From Ramazzottius varieornatus (lineage: Eukaryota; Animalia; Tardigrada): a stretch of 64,000 bases of DNA. Both the position numbers and the translations under genes were made by a program. The stretch is from NCBI GenBank assembly GCA_001949185.1, contig BDGG01000002.1:1857826-1921825 (forward strand). The letters run 5' to 3'. The notes under the pieces are model-generated. The model searched no databases and had not been told where the DNA came from. It saw nothing but the letters and a program-made list of their open reading frames with translations. Positions 37,133 to 50,548 of this stretch are shown here, piece after piece; position 1 is the first letter of the stretch; the number at the start of each line of letters is the position of its first letter.

Positions 37133-40100
37133 ACGTTACCTCAGTCCGCGGTTACCGTGATGACAACAGGCGGATAACCTGACTATACTTTTTTTTAGTT
37201 AATATTGTGTCATAGCCTACACTGCTCACAACTATAGTATGCCCTTAACCATGCAGTATCGTCAAGAGATAGTGTAGTCAGTTGAATACCAGTGAAACAC
37301 GACGCCCAAGCATCAGCAATGGCACAATAGATTGAATAACGTTCCGGTGCTCTACTTTGCTGAACGCGTGAGTTCATTTCGAACAGCAACGATGAGCGCT
37401 GCAATCTTTTGGGACGTGTTCAGATCAGAATAGACTGAACCTTCAACGTCGACATGGTGAAACTATAGGGGAATCAATGTAAGCCCACCGCCCAATAAAA
37501 CGCGATCGAGCATTGCGCACAGGGATACACACACTTTTTCGCAGTTGTGTTGGTAAAAACGAAGGACCTCCTTCTCCAGCGCTTTCGCTTCCCAGTTCCT
37601 CCAACAGTCGGAGTAATTTCTTTGAAACTGGGCCTTTCTGGGCATTTGAACCGCAATGCAGAATACTTTTACTTCGAAATTAGATGTGGGGCTTAAATGG
37701 CTTTGTACAGTTCTCGATCTTTATCCGTACTGTTCAGTATGATAGGTGGCGACAAACAGTTATGTCAGTTAGCACTTGGACAGTGCCGAAGCCAAACAGT
37801 GTACACACAGTAGTGGTGCTACTGTATGTCCACAAGCGGGAAGTGTGCCGACAAGCTCGAATTGCTTCTGGGTCGTTGTGCAAGACAAACTGCCCTAGGG
37901 ATATATTGGGATACAGAAATTTCGTCAAGAGAAAGTGACAATATAATTCAGATTACCTTCGTCTATTTGACGATATTGCGCTGCAGTATTACTTCGAGCG
38001 CCCGCGGCCATATAAGCTCATGACTCGGCATGGTGGCAATCAGGGGCGTTCAAAGATTTTCATAGAACCTGAGTATGATCTCTATGGAGTTAGTACAATA
38101 CTTACAGTCATAGTCACAATGCAAGGAGAAACGGGGATGGATGTGGGCCTGGCATTCGACTGTGCCTTCTCGGCAGAAAGTCGGCTCTTGATCGGGGTTC
38201 TTGGTGGCTTCTAGCGTCAGATAGGCTTTCTTCAGCATTTGTGACATTTGCTGCTACATGCCTCAAAAGCGGGAGCATTGTGCGGTACAGTAATATCTGA
38301 ACACAGAAAAAAATGTTTACGGGATCGCGTGAGAGTTGCTTCGTAGCGTCCAGTGATATCATAGCTCTCACTTCTTCTGGAAAGACCACTGCCTACTGCA
38401 GAAAGCAAAACCGCAACGCCTAATGATCGCACACTCATAACAAAGCCGAAAAGGAAAGTTGGCTTGTGGGCATTACCAGACTTTACCATTTGAGCAAGAC
38501 CGTACCCATGTGATGTTGGATAAGTGAGAACCGTGACCACCACAGATCTATGTACAAAACCAAGTTAAAATAGTTTGTGTTTTAAGAAGGAAAAGGCAAT
38601 TGACACTTAGGTACGGTTCACAAGACGACCGGTGTCCAGCAGGCGGTCCATTGCGTGGTATAGGGAACACCCACGGGTTCCCAGTCACCTCGGCAATCTC
38701 CTGGTAGATCTAGGACTACCATCCACCGGTCCTCTGGAAGTTGCGGCACCAACAGCTGCACCGGTTGCTACTGTCTTGCCGACCAGGAAAAAGTGTCACT
38801 TTTCGAGAGTAGTCTCCACTGCGTGGCTTCCACTCTTGGAAGGCCAGATGTAGACCACCCGGCGTTTCGATCCGTAATTCCTTGTGATTCATTCTTGCTG
38901 TAAACTGAGCACATGTGTTTCTTTTACCTGGGAATATGGAAACTATTCTTTACATTGAGAAACAGTGACCGATGAAGATATCAGCCTGCACCAAAGAGTA
39001 GCTCTGCAAGCCATGAATAACCGGAAACCCACACCCTAATAGAAGAATTGTTTTCTGCTTCCTTTTGTTTTCTGTTCTCCTTATTCTGACACCTCTGATA
39101 TTTGATTGACGGTCGCTAAATGTGTTTATAATTGTAAGGGCTCCTGTTTTCACGTGCTACCATGTGGCATGATAACTTTTTCATGGCTCTGCCGATAACT
39201 GTTTTCGGTTTTTGTCCGAAAAACTACATGTGATACAGTGTGGCAGAACAGACACGAGTCTCCTAAAACAGGTTTACCGTCGGAAGTCTTTGGATTAGCT
39301 TGGGTTTGCTCCTCTAAATCACAATGGTGAAGCATGAAAAACTGGCGCGCGCGGCTGTCATATGATTGGGCTAGAAGCTCTTGGGTATCCTGACGTCAAT
39401 GAACCACCTCGTGAACCAATCACTATATGAGCGCCAGACCGACAAACTCTTCTTGTCGCGTATCGCGCAACCAACATGTGAGAGGAAGCAGCAACTGAAG
39501 ATCCAATTGAGAATTGACAGCGGCACCTATCTACTCTAGTGCGCGGAGTAAGCGATGGTGCGGGTAGTATGCGGAGTCAAGACCTCAAGTGCGGGATGCA
39601 GAAAAGGCAGACGATGGTCATCTTATTCGTCCAGCTCGCATGGGATGGTATTATTCTTAACCGATATCATAGTACACCGCTCCCATTTGCACTCGTCTTG
39701 ATCGGCTTTTATCACCGCAAAGTACACCTTCCGTATTGGGATCCAGAAGGGCGAACCCTGGGGTATGGAGGACTTTCCTACAATTCGCGTCAGTCATCGT
39801 CAAAATGCTGATTATTTGATTGTAGGCATTCCGCTGGAGTTCTGGCCTCATTACTTTCTGGATCTCAGGCCGCCACCCGGTTGATTTCCGCTGTATGAAT
39901 GTTGGATGGACATAATATTGTATTGATATAATTACACCTGGCATCAGTGTTCTTTCCTGTTGCGCGCTTGGGCCTACATGGCCCAAGTGTAGCAGAAGTT
40001 TGTTGACTAAACGCGACTATTTTCAAACCATGACTCAACCATGGACTGAATTGGGACCTGGAAACCGTGAATCGGCTATGAAGTAACCGGGAAACCATTC

Positions 40101-40458
40101 TACAGCCAGGGTTCCAGTGCCGGCAGCGCTATTATACTTCTGCGTGTGGCCTTAAAAGAGACGTGTCCGACGTCACAGTGACGGCACACCGTTTTGAGGG
40201 AGACATGTCCCGGGTTAATAAAATGGGGCATAGCAGAGCAGAGAGTTCTGTTCTTTGGGACATCGTCAACTGATTTCGTCAATTCGTTATCTTAATCGGC
40301 GCACGCCTTCATAAACATCAAGAGGGTGACACGAGGATTAAACTTATCGCGTCGAATTCCCTTCTGATACTGAGTGGAAGCATATGCCACTCGAGAGAAT
40401 GATCAGCCTGAATTGAATCGTTTTTGACTGGTACCTCCAGTTAGCATACCAAGACCTT

Positions 40459-43071
40459 CTATATAGACCAGGAGGGCAAAAGAGCGGAATAGTTCAAAGG
40501 TTGAATATCCATTGGTTCTTCATCTTTCCACGGCACCCACCAGCCTCCCCATTTAGCCGGGTCAGAATTCGGGTCGAAGGGAAGGGTAGCCGACGGCACA
40601 GCCGTTGCGTTATAATGCTTCAGCCGCTCTTGCATACTCCGCAACACGTCGGGAAAGTCGTACGCTACGTTTCTTTGTTCGCACGGGTCTTCCGTCACAT
40701 CGAACAAACAGTCATGTAACCACGGTTCGCATTTCGACACTTCCATGCCTTCCGGATAGCGGCAGTCCACGCTGGCGGGCGACCAGTTCTTCCACGAGTC
40801 ATCGGTCTCGTTTGTCCCTTCCACCCTGTTCCATCCAGTGAAGAGGTTGCCGAAGACGTTGCCGCCTATTAGTTTGTACAGGTTGCCGTTAGGCGCTTGC
40901 TTGATCATCGAATAAGAGTTGGTGATGGCGTCAATGTTCAGCACTAGCTCTTGCCGAGGTCCATCTCGGCTGGCGGGATCGTTGAAGGTTTTCCAGTGAC
41001 TTACACCGTCATGGTCGTCGCCCTTCAGGTCGCCCAAGTCTCCACCAACTGCCTCGTACAAAGTTGGCAACCAGTCTGACGCGTGGAAAATGTGGTCGGT
41101 CGATGTTCCTCGTCGTTCCAGCAAGGGCGACCAGATGAAAGAAACGGTCCTTACTCCGCCCTCAAACAAGGTTCCCTTTCCTAAAAATGACGACCCTTGT
41201 ACAATGGAGGAAAAGCTTGCGTTCCCGTGATCACGTGACGCATAACATGCTTAATGGCAAGCAATACCACGTGATCACGGGAACGCAGGCATTTTCCGTT
41301 GTTCTATGCGGGAGCTCTGCAAACAAACTCGACCAGATCGATTTCCCCTGGTGGCGCATATTCATAATGTCGTTGACTCGAAGCATGCGCCACTTGAAAA
41401 GGCAACCTAGTCGAGTTCCTTTGCCACCTGTCCATATGACTCGAAAAATAATATTTGGTTAAACTTGATTGTCAATTTCATTCCAGGATTCACCTTGACG
41501 TAATGGCCAGTTGCTTCCAAAGTTGACACCATGAATAAAGAAAGAATTTTCTTTCATCGGCGCACCGTTATCGGAAATAAAGACAATAATCGTATTTCCG
41601 AGTTTTCCAGTAACATCCAGTGCGTCGATGATTCGCTTGAAACTTTCATCCATAGCCTGGATAGCAGCAAGCTGTCTTTTTCTGTTGGGATACAAATAAC
41701 TGAACTCATACACTACTTTCCGAAGTTGATACTGCGGTGTGCTCTGCTGGATATCTAGAAAGTCCTCGAAAGCGGTGTGCGGGACCGGTGTGCAGAAATA
41801 CAGAAGGAACGGGGTCTCCGAGTGGGCGTGTAGGCGGATCACTTGTTCGGCTTTTGCGGTTAGTAAGTCGGGAAGATAGACGTTGTTGGTGATGTTGGCA
41901 TGGACCATCTTGCCATTCTCCCGCAAAGTACGGCCAGAGAGCGGTGGCGCCACCCAGCCTTCAGTGTAGTTAAACCAGTTGGCGGCGCCACCAGTGACAC
42001 CGTACGAGTAATCAAAACCTCTGTTGTCTGCAGAATGAAACATCAGTTGACAATCCAGAAGCTCGACCGAAGAAGGCAGTTTTCCGAAAATGATGGATAT
42101 GTATGCATACTTGGATAATAATCTCGTTTGAATTCGCCCAGATGCCACTGTAAAAACGATAACTTAATTCTAAACAGACGTTTTAAATTTGCGTTCCGTA
42201 AAGGCTTCCTATTCGCAGGCCAAAATGAGAGTACTCACCTTGCCGAGGTGGTAGGATTTGTAGCCAAGTTGCTTGAAATACGTCGGCATCAACTTATGCT
42301 TGAGGTTCAGTCCCCAAGGTTGGCCTTGGCCGATGGGATGTGTTTGCATGCCTGCAGTGGTAAGAAAATTCGTCTTGGTTTTTCCGTAGGAGAAACTGTC
42401 AGAATTCCAGTGCCGGTCAGGTCGAGCAGCATATCGCCGACTCACCGGTGTGGAATGAATATTTCGAAGTTAGTAGGATAGCGCGTGAAGGAGTGCAGAC
42501 GGAATGGGTATAGTGCCGGTTAAGGATCAATCCATCCCACGCAAACTACGAACACGTTATTGATACAAACATGACAATTTGTTATTGCTACAGTCGACAG
42601 TGCGGTGATTTCCATTTGCTGGAAGGCCTAAGAGTTTAGGAGTACAATATACTACAGTACCTTGTCGATGTTCGGCGTGGGTGTCTGTATATTTCCCTCC
42701 GAGTATCCAACATCGGTGTGTCCCTAGCATTTTCACATTGTAGTCACTCTCCGTCATGTAGTCAACCAACTCGATGTGTTTCATACTCCAGAGCATAAGC
42801 ATCTGTTGAACACACTCACCAAGTCATCGGCAAGAAATAGAACAATATTGGGCCGCTTTTTGACTTCATCGCTCACTACTTTCTGGTGATCCTTGATCAA
42901 TTCGCCAATGTCTAGAACGCTCTGATCCGGATTCCCCTGTCCCTCGTGATTGTCGACACTGTTAGAGCCCTTACCGAACCAGGAAGCGTTTGTTCCAAAC
43001 AGAACTGTCACCAACAGAAGGAATACGAATCGCAAAAGCAAACTTTTCCGCATAGCGCACATGTTTACCAC
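40459..43071 (-). CDS. Arylsulfatase B/I/J-like, paralog 2
   Basis: Signal peptide, [25 protein letters not shown] (about 42459-42497), GKWHLG split by an intron, [26 protein letters not shown] and [11 protein letters not shown]. Closely similar to paralog 1. Confidence 0.92.
41209..41297. repeat. Intronic hairpin / mini-MITE
   Basis: GCGTTCCCGTGATCACGTG ... CACGTGATCACGGGAACGC perfect 19-bp inverted repeat. Confidence 0.7.
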
Positions 43072-43525
43072 AGCGCAATAACCAAGTCAAGATGGGAAGA
43101 AATAACCGTGGAAGCTGCTAGAGAGAGTACGTCTCAAGATCAACTCTGTGAGAAAGACGATGATAGAGCATATTGCAACCGGGCAGTAAAAACAATATCA
43201 GAATAATGGAGATCATAATAATACAAACAGAATGTTCTAGCACAAAAAGCTCATACTGAAAAGAAGGTGTAGAGCCTAACAAGAATAAGTAATCGCCAAG
43301 AATGAAGAAAAAGCTATTGTGCAATTTTTTATAGCGAAATATGGCCTCAGGCTTTGCCGTCATCCGCTTTTACAACTCCGCACAGGAGAGTGGCCTGAGG
43401 TTTCTCCAGGTGTTGTTTGAGAAGAACAAGACTCAGTTAATTTGTCCACGGCTCAAACCAGCATACGGAAGTTATTGTTGATTTCTGCGGAGCATTTTTC
43501 GGTTGGCTGAGCAGATTCACTCCTC

Positions 43526-46500
43526 TTAGCTTTCGTGGTGGAACTGACGTTCCATCTCGTCCAGCAAGTCATGGTCAGGTACGACATGCATATCGTCGCT
43601 GCGAACATCCAGTTGCAGAATGCTAGGCAATGGTACGGTTTCTGCCATGGACATATCGTGCAAGTGGTGGACTGGCTGACTAGGCTGCAGGTATTCAGCG
43701 AGTATGCTGGAATTATAGGTTTCGTCCCGCAGACGACGATCTTCGGTGGACAGATCGTCGGTTTTCTGTTTCCGGGGCGGTTTGGGGTGGGCTTGATCAA
43801 TTACTTCGAAAGCACCCAACTGCGGCACGAAGATAAGGTTGCGAAGCTCGTCGAAATTGCCGTAGAAGTGATAATCATACACGCTGATCTTCAGCTGATC
43901 GTCGAGCAGCAATCGCTGGGTGAAGAAGGTTATCTCGTAGTTGGGACTAGCAGGTATGGACAGATAATTTGTGTGTGTTGATTCCAACAACTTTTTTGCG
44001 GCCTGACATAAGAGAAAAGTTCAAACTTCACTTCGGCTGAACAGTTGAGATGCGCGGAAACGAAGCGTACACCAGCATTACTTCAGGCGGCGCACTTCTC
44101 GATTGTTATTAGCGTGCAGCGTGCGCCACTTTAGATAACGACCTTTGGACCCGGAAATAGGAAAAACGTTTCTCACCTGGTAGCCGAAAATTATCAGCGT
44201 CTGTTTGTGCAGTCTGGCTTGGAAACTGTCAAGAGCGTAGTTGACGTAATGCATGAAGTAACTGAGGATGAAAGTCACCGGTGTAGCAAAGTCTTTGCCC
44301 GATCGCTCCACATTCTTCTGCATCTCGGTCCTGAAAGACAGAGTGAAACGATGTCTGCCTAACATTTACGATAAACCTGGACATGCATGTGAAGTACATC
44401 AAGCGTACAGTAGACCTAGCCACACAAGACGTAGTTCAGCAAGAGCAAGTTCTTTCCGGTGCACAACTTCCTCGTTGGTCAAATCCAAGCCGGCGCAGTC
44501 TAGTTCCACATTTTCCATGTAGTACTCCATGACGCGCTTCACCCAGCCTCGCCAACGCTGCAGCATATAGTCGTGCTGGAAGATAAATTCCATCATGCTG
44601 ATGGTCTGTACGGACAAGGTCAGATGCTCGCTCTGACAAGTCGAAAAGGGCGCCTAAGAAATCCGTAAGCTGTCATTATTACATTTTACCCAACTTTCTA
44701 TGCTATGTCATAACAGAAAAATTTCTTACCAATACGAAACGATCAGAGAGGCTTCGAAAACCTTCAGTGGCGACGGCGGCTTTCGAGCGATCCCGCTCGA
44801 CCAGATCGACCAACGCCAGTGCACTGTTCAGGATGGCGAGCTGTTTCATCATCTGGCAAAAGCTGCTTGCCGAAGCGTTCTGTCGGCAAGAAAGAGCGAT
44901 CAAAAGAATAACCCTCGAAGGAAACGTCAAGCTGAACCTTCTTACCAGTATCACTTGAACGGAGTCCGTCAAGTTGAGGCTAACAGCCTCGATCCATTGG
45001 CCGTACTTTGTGGCGAACTCGTACAAGAAGTCCAGAAAGGACGCTACATGAAACAGTGTTTAGACATGTGAGCCCGCAACGTGGTTTACAGCTCCAACGT
45101 ACAGTTTTGCGCCTTGTCTGTCTTGCCAAGCAAATGATCCAGCACCGTAGCGTAGGTTTCCGAGTAGCAAGTCCCGATGAAATCGACGAAGGCTGGCCAG
45201 GTAAGGGATAGAGCAAACTTATCCTGGTCAAAATTCTCGGGAATCTGCAGACTAAGCGGAAATTTTGGTGACTTCGTTGCTGTTCATAACCACAGAAGAC
45301 TCTGTTGAATAGTGCAGAATACTTCCAGCACGTACCTTGGAGTTTGGGATATCCATAGGTTATTAAGAATGCTCGGGATGGAATACAGGACACCGGTGAG
45401 GATGGAATGTCCCAGCAAGCCCATGTGGCATTTCAGTGTTCGAAAGATCAGACTCATGTCAGCAGCGTCCAAGCCCAGAGGCAGAAGACCGTCGTCGGCG
45501 AAGGGGAGGTTGTCGTGCCAAGACGGCTCAGTCCGAAGGCTTTGGGGTATGACGTAGCGGTTGCGGCGGACATTCAACATCTTTTCCAACTGGTCCAAGG
45601 CAGCGTCCGCTCGGCTGTCAGGGTCCATGGCTTCGAAGTGCTTGCCGATGGGGTTCTCCTGAAGTTTCTTGGCCGCCAGCGTCGTCCTGCGATCAAAAAA
45701 CCAGTCATTCATTATGAGCAGGAAGAATTAAAAGCTGAATTAAAAGGAAAAGGAAGAATTAAAAGCTCGGCCAACAAACTCGACCAGACTGATCCTCCAA
45801 GCGGCGCACGTTCCCGGTGTTGATCGGCTGATGCGTGCGCGAATGGAAGAAACAATCTGCAGGCTATTTTGCCGAGCTTTCGAATGTCGTTCTTATCGCT
45901 TTCTGGCTCATGACAGCCGGTTACCTTCGTCGCTTACGCTCTCCGTCTCCGGGTTCGGGAGTCGGCTCTTCAGGCTCGATGGGAACCATCCCGGCAAACT
46001 CGCCTTCCGGGTTGATCGCCAGACCGATATAATGGTACCGCGACTTACCCCTACAGATACAATTTCAACTGTCTCGTTACATCATTTGGTGTGGGACCAC
46101 GATGAATGCCAAAGCACCACTCTTATGTACCGTCGACCCAGTCTCCTCGTTTCCAGTCCTCGAAACAACGCCCGCACAGTCTTTCCCATGCATGCCTGGT
46201 TCATCAGCGGCTTGCCGTGGAACAGGCAGAAGGCTTCGTACTTGCTATAAAGGAATCCGCGGGGCATAACGGCGTTTCTTTCCAGCTTGAAATTGGCCAG
46301 CAACCAGTAGATCTGCAAGAATTACAAGACGATCAGATCAACGTTGCATTTTCTTGTCAACGTGCTTACCGTGTCGCGATCAACGTGTCCTCCCAAAATA
46401 GCCGCCAACTCGCGGTCGGCTACCAACGTGTAGCCGTTTCCGTTTGGCGCATTCTGGTTGATCTGGATGATCTCACTGGTGGCTGAGGCGCCATCTGTGA

Positions 46501-47129
46501 CGTTGAGCATGGGTATATTGGCCAGCTGCTCTGCCAACCAATCATCTACCACAAGGAAACGATGCTTAAACGATCACGGGGTCCTGTGCGCTGGGACTAA
46601 TGTAAAAGTGGGTTACCGTCGTAGTCGCGGCTAAAGGGCGCCGACGTAGAGTTGCTGGTCCGCATGCTGGACGAACTGGCCACCACTGTTGCACCTTCCA
46701 CGACATCATTTGACACCATAGAACCTGCAAGATAAGTAATCCGACGACTTGTAATCGGGGATCAAAATGCACCCGTCACGTGGGGTTATCTTTGTTGCTT
46801 ATTGCCTGGCTCACGACCACCATCGATTCATTGTTTCCACTTTTACGCGCAGGAAACTTCGAACAATCTGAACCAGGAACTCTTTTCTCTCGCTTGGGCA
46901 TGTTTCTGCCTCGTTTGCATTGCTGTGGCAAAAGCAACGCAGTGCTCAAGCGGTCTTTTGAGCAAAGCGTCTCGGATCAGTTTGTGCTATGCATGCCCTA
47001 GACGAAGTGGTAGTTTTGTACCATACCTTCTGCGCCCACTGGCCACCAGTTCCAGTCGTTAATAACATTAGGGTTTTGGTGGTGGTTGGTAGTGTTGATA
47101 TCAACTGATGTGGAGTGATCAATGTCCAT
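43526..47129 (-). CDS. RFX-family winged-helix transcription factor (divergent)
   Basis: DNA-binding domain IYWLLANFKLERNAVMPRGFLYSKYEAFCLFHGKPLMNQACMGKTVRALFRGLETRRLGRR|GKSRYHYIGL (about 46315-46017). Downstream helical exons resemble RFX B/C/dimerization regions (FATKYGQWIE, FCQMMKQLAILNSAL). Start codon at 47129 is tentative. Confidence 0.85.
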
Positions 47130-47983
47130 GGCAATGGACTACCGGGAAGACGAACTTTTACGATCGATGGATGATAGGCAACAACAGCAAAAAACGAGAT
47201 CTAGCAACCAAACAGAGGTAACCCAAATGTTTTGAACTGCCTAGAGCACGCCTGGCTTTTTCGTTTTGAGAAAGCTTCAGAGAATGTCTAGAACAATCAG
47301 ACAAGTCTAGTCTGTTTCGCAATAGTTCGATCAGAGGTTGCTAGGACTACTCCTTAGATCATCGTCATCTTTCCAGTTGCGTCCCAATTCTGAATGACGC
47401 AAGGTTGTACTTCAATGGGCAGATACGAGACATGCCTGTGGAAGACGACATCGTTGCTTCCCTGTCTCACTGCACCGTAGCAGTCTGCTGTAATAAAATG
47501 CGTCGGTTAATCTTAGAAAGTTACCCATCAGAGTGACCAGACGTCGAACTCAGTGGGTGCGATAGCGCCGGCCATCCACAGCAGAAGAAAGATCGATTAC
47601 GCATGAGTCTGTGACATTTGACGGGTCAAAAAAACGTTTTCACAGAGCGCCGGTCGTACTGTTTTTTCAAGGTGCGGTCAGGCACGTTCCTTGCTGTAAA
47701 GTTTGGGCCATAAACCGAATCGCCAAATGTCTGAGGGTTAAAGCCGCCACCCCGCCCGGTCGGCAGGCCAGAGTGTGGCTAGACCGATATCTGCACTGGC
47801 GCAAAGTTCAATAGGCAAGAAACGCGCCTATCTTTGGTCCTAGCATCGATGAGTTCGCGGTGTAAGGAATAACACGAACATTCTTGTCCGATCCTCTCGA
47901 GATATCCTGCTCGCGCGTCTTCGTGCTTTTAGAGTAGTCACAGCTATCTTTCGTCAATAAGGTACACGTACCCAAGTCCGACG

Positions 47984-48193
47984 TACGACGTACGACGAGA
48001 AATTATGGGGCAGTAAGAATTATGGGACAGGCCTTTTCGCTATGGCGGTACGGAAGTACATACGTACACGGCTCCTTCCCTCTAATACACTTTTCGGCGC
48101 TTCTCTACGGTGTATTTCCTATTTTGCCGTTCTCTCCGCCTGTCTTATAATTTTTACTGCCCCACAATTTCTCGTCGTACGGCCGTACGGGTA
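47984..48193. mobile_element. MITE, same family as the inner element at 18680-18882
   Basis: TIRs CGACGAGAAATTATGGGGCAGTAAGAATTAT and ATAATTTTTACTGCCCCACAATTTCTCGTCG, core AGGCCTTTTCGCTA(T/C)GGCGGTACGG. Confidence 0.8.
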
Positions 48194-48371
48194 TCGAGAT
48201 AAGGCGTGATACGATCTTATCGGTGGAAAGAAATTTTGTGAATGTAGTACGTAGCCCTGATAGGAAACTTGTCCGACGTTAAACGATGCAGGCAAAACAG
48301 CGTGTGACTGACGGAGAGAGCATCACTTTCAAAATACACCGTACGGTCCATTTGTCAGGAAGATCCTAAGA

Positions 48372-50504
48372 ATGCACTGTGGAGACTGGATGCTGATTTT
48401 GAGCGGATACCTTCTTACACCGGTATCATCTGCCATTTCGGTGCGGCCGTACCCATATTCAGGGCACGACGGTAAGGCGACGAAAGCAGCGTCTTTCGCA
48501 CCTCCACAATAAAGTTATCTCGAGTTATGGTCTTACAGTAGAGTGCCCATTCTTTACCACCTTCAGATGACTCCGCGGAAGAAACCACAGTGGCGCCTGA
48601 GGTAAGCCGGCCCCAATACGAGCGACGTTTGAGGAATGCGCTCTTCGGGCATTATGATCGGAAAGTGCGGCCATCGGGAAACATCACTGATACCGTGTCC
48701 GTCTATGTCAGGTACAGGAAAGTGCAACTTCTCAATGATCTTTCGCCAGATGTGAATCGATACCATATTGTTGCAGCATGCATTTGCTCCACGTAGAGGG
48801 GGTGGTAAGGATATCGTAAGAGTTTCAATTTCACCGAGAAAACGAGAAAGTTGTGCTTGATTTTTCTCTAGGACGAATCCCGCCAAGTTTTGAAAGTCCA
48901 TACTTGGATGGGTTTCAAATGGAACGACGCCCGACTAGCGTGGGACTCGTCCTTGTACGGCCAAATCAGCACCTTGCATACCGCTGACGAAGATCTTTGT
49001 ATGTCGGAGAAAAGAACACAATTTTCCTGGGCGAGTGAGGTTTCGAAACGTAACGAGGCTTGACTTCTTGCAGGGCTTCCCGACATCGCGCTATATACCA
49101 AGTACCCTTTACTATTTACGGTTGATCACACTCAGTTCTGGAGTGATGACCGAAAGCCTAATCAGGACGCTTACCTGTCTTTGTAGTGCGGAAGGAAAAG
49201 ATATCCACAACTACGGAACTACCACCGTCGTAGTGCAATCCAACGGCGACGGTGCGTTTACGTGGTGTCAAGCGCTGGGAAGCCGAGTAGCTTTACTTAT
49301 GGCATTTTCCATTTGATCTGCCTTATTCCAGTTCTCTGGATACCGCCGGCTAGTTTCAGCGCCCAGTGTAACATGTCGTTCAACGATTGGCCAAACGACC
49401 GACACTACTGCCCGCTCATCATCGGTACGAGCAGCATGACAAAGCAATTCCACTTCGAAATCGCGTCGCTTTGTAGGTTCGTGGACGCAGCACGGATGGG
49501 ACCTCGATCTACATCTTGCCGACGAATCCGTTGGGATAGGTGAGCAATGTCCAGATCCTTGTTGCTCAGCCGTGTATACCTGTGTAGGCCGCAAATTCGC
49601 CAAGACGTGTTACAGACACAAGCAACTATATCGCCAACGATATGTGGTCCGTGGCCAAGGTGTCTTCCAACCGAACCTCGCAAGTTTATCCTTGTTGCTC
49701 CGAGCCTTACATCTCCCTGTCGGTAAGCAAGTTCAATCCGGTAAAACCACCCGGCTTTGTATACACGGTCGTGTTATTCTTACGGTATTAATTTTACAGT
49801 TCAACGTGCACCTTCGACGAAATCCTTCCCACTATCTACAAACGCTAGTCTACCCTGCAAATATCCTTTTACTGTCGTCCTGGTTCCTTTTCCTTGTGCC
49901 AAGTTTTCACATGTGTGTAATCACAGGCGTCATCCAGATCCTGGCATTTTGCGGCGAAAGCATATTCCTGTGGACGGTCATACCAGCAACGTATGGCACG
50001 CCACCTGTCGGTATGTTCTGAGCATTCTGTTGAAAAAGCCTCCTAAAAAGACACACACGTTTTTCAGTTCGCCTAATGACGAGCAGTATCGGCTCGGTCT
50101 TCTACGCGCTACTGTGGTGTCTGCTCTTGAATAGAATCGCCTTATTCAAAAGATCCGCACCGGCCTGGATGCGTGACAGCTGGAACCCGAAGCTAGGTCG
50201 CTGGCTGGGCGTACTGGCTTCTCGCTACTTTCAACCCAAGCGTTTTGGCTTGGGGCGGGAACTTTCGAGTGACGAAGCACATTTAAATTTTCAAGATCAG
50301 GCCGCTGATGGAACCTTTGGACCACGATCGGCGCCTACGAAAACCAACGTGCAAGAAATGACGCCACTGGATACTGGCTCGAACGAGGACACAACAACAG
50401 ATGAACATAGAGTGACATGGCAAACCTTTTCGTGCATCTTGTCGCGCTTTTGTTTGTTGCACTATGCCGTTCTGACTATCTTTGTCATATCCATGCATCG
50501 CTAG
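48372..50504 (+). CDS. Cys-loop ligand-gated ion channel, divergent nicotinic acetylcholine receptor alpha-type subunit
   Basis: ERRLRNALFGHYDRKVRP, WNDARLAWD, LPDIALY, Cys-loop CNMSFNDWPNDRHYC, loop B SWT, loop C YPCCSEPY (49687-49710), LRRNPSHY, then four hydrophobic segments. Confidence 0.88.
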
Positions 50505-50548
50505 TAGATTAAAAGTGAACGATTCGTTCCTTTTCAACAACGCATGTT

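Noticed and set aside
37400-40300. Scattered short ORFs between the sulfatase paralogs
   Set aside because: No recognisable motifs or consistent exon chain. They may be decayed sequence but cannot be supported.
31078-43071. Bacterial horizontal transfer as the origin of the sulfatase pair
   Set aside because: Both genes have several spliceosomal introns and the animal ARSB/I/J-type C-terminus (CLFD..DPCE). Nothing visible points to a bacterial source.
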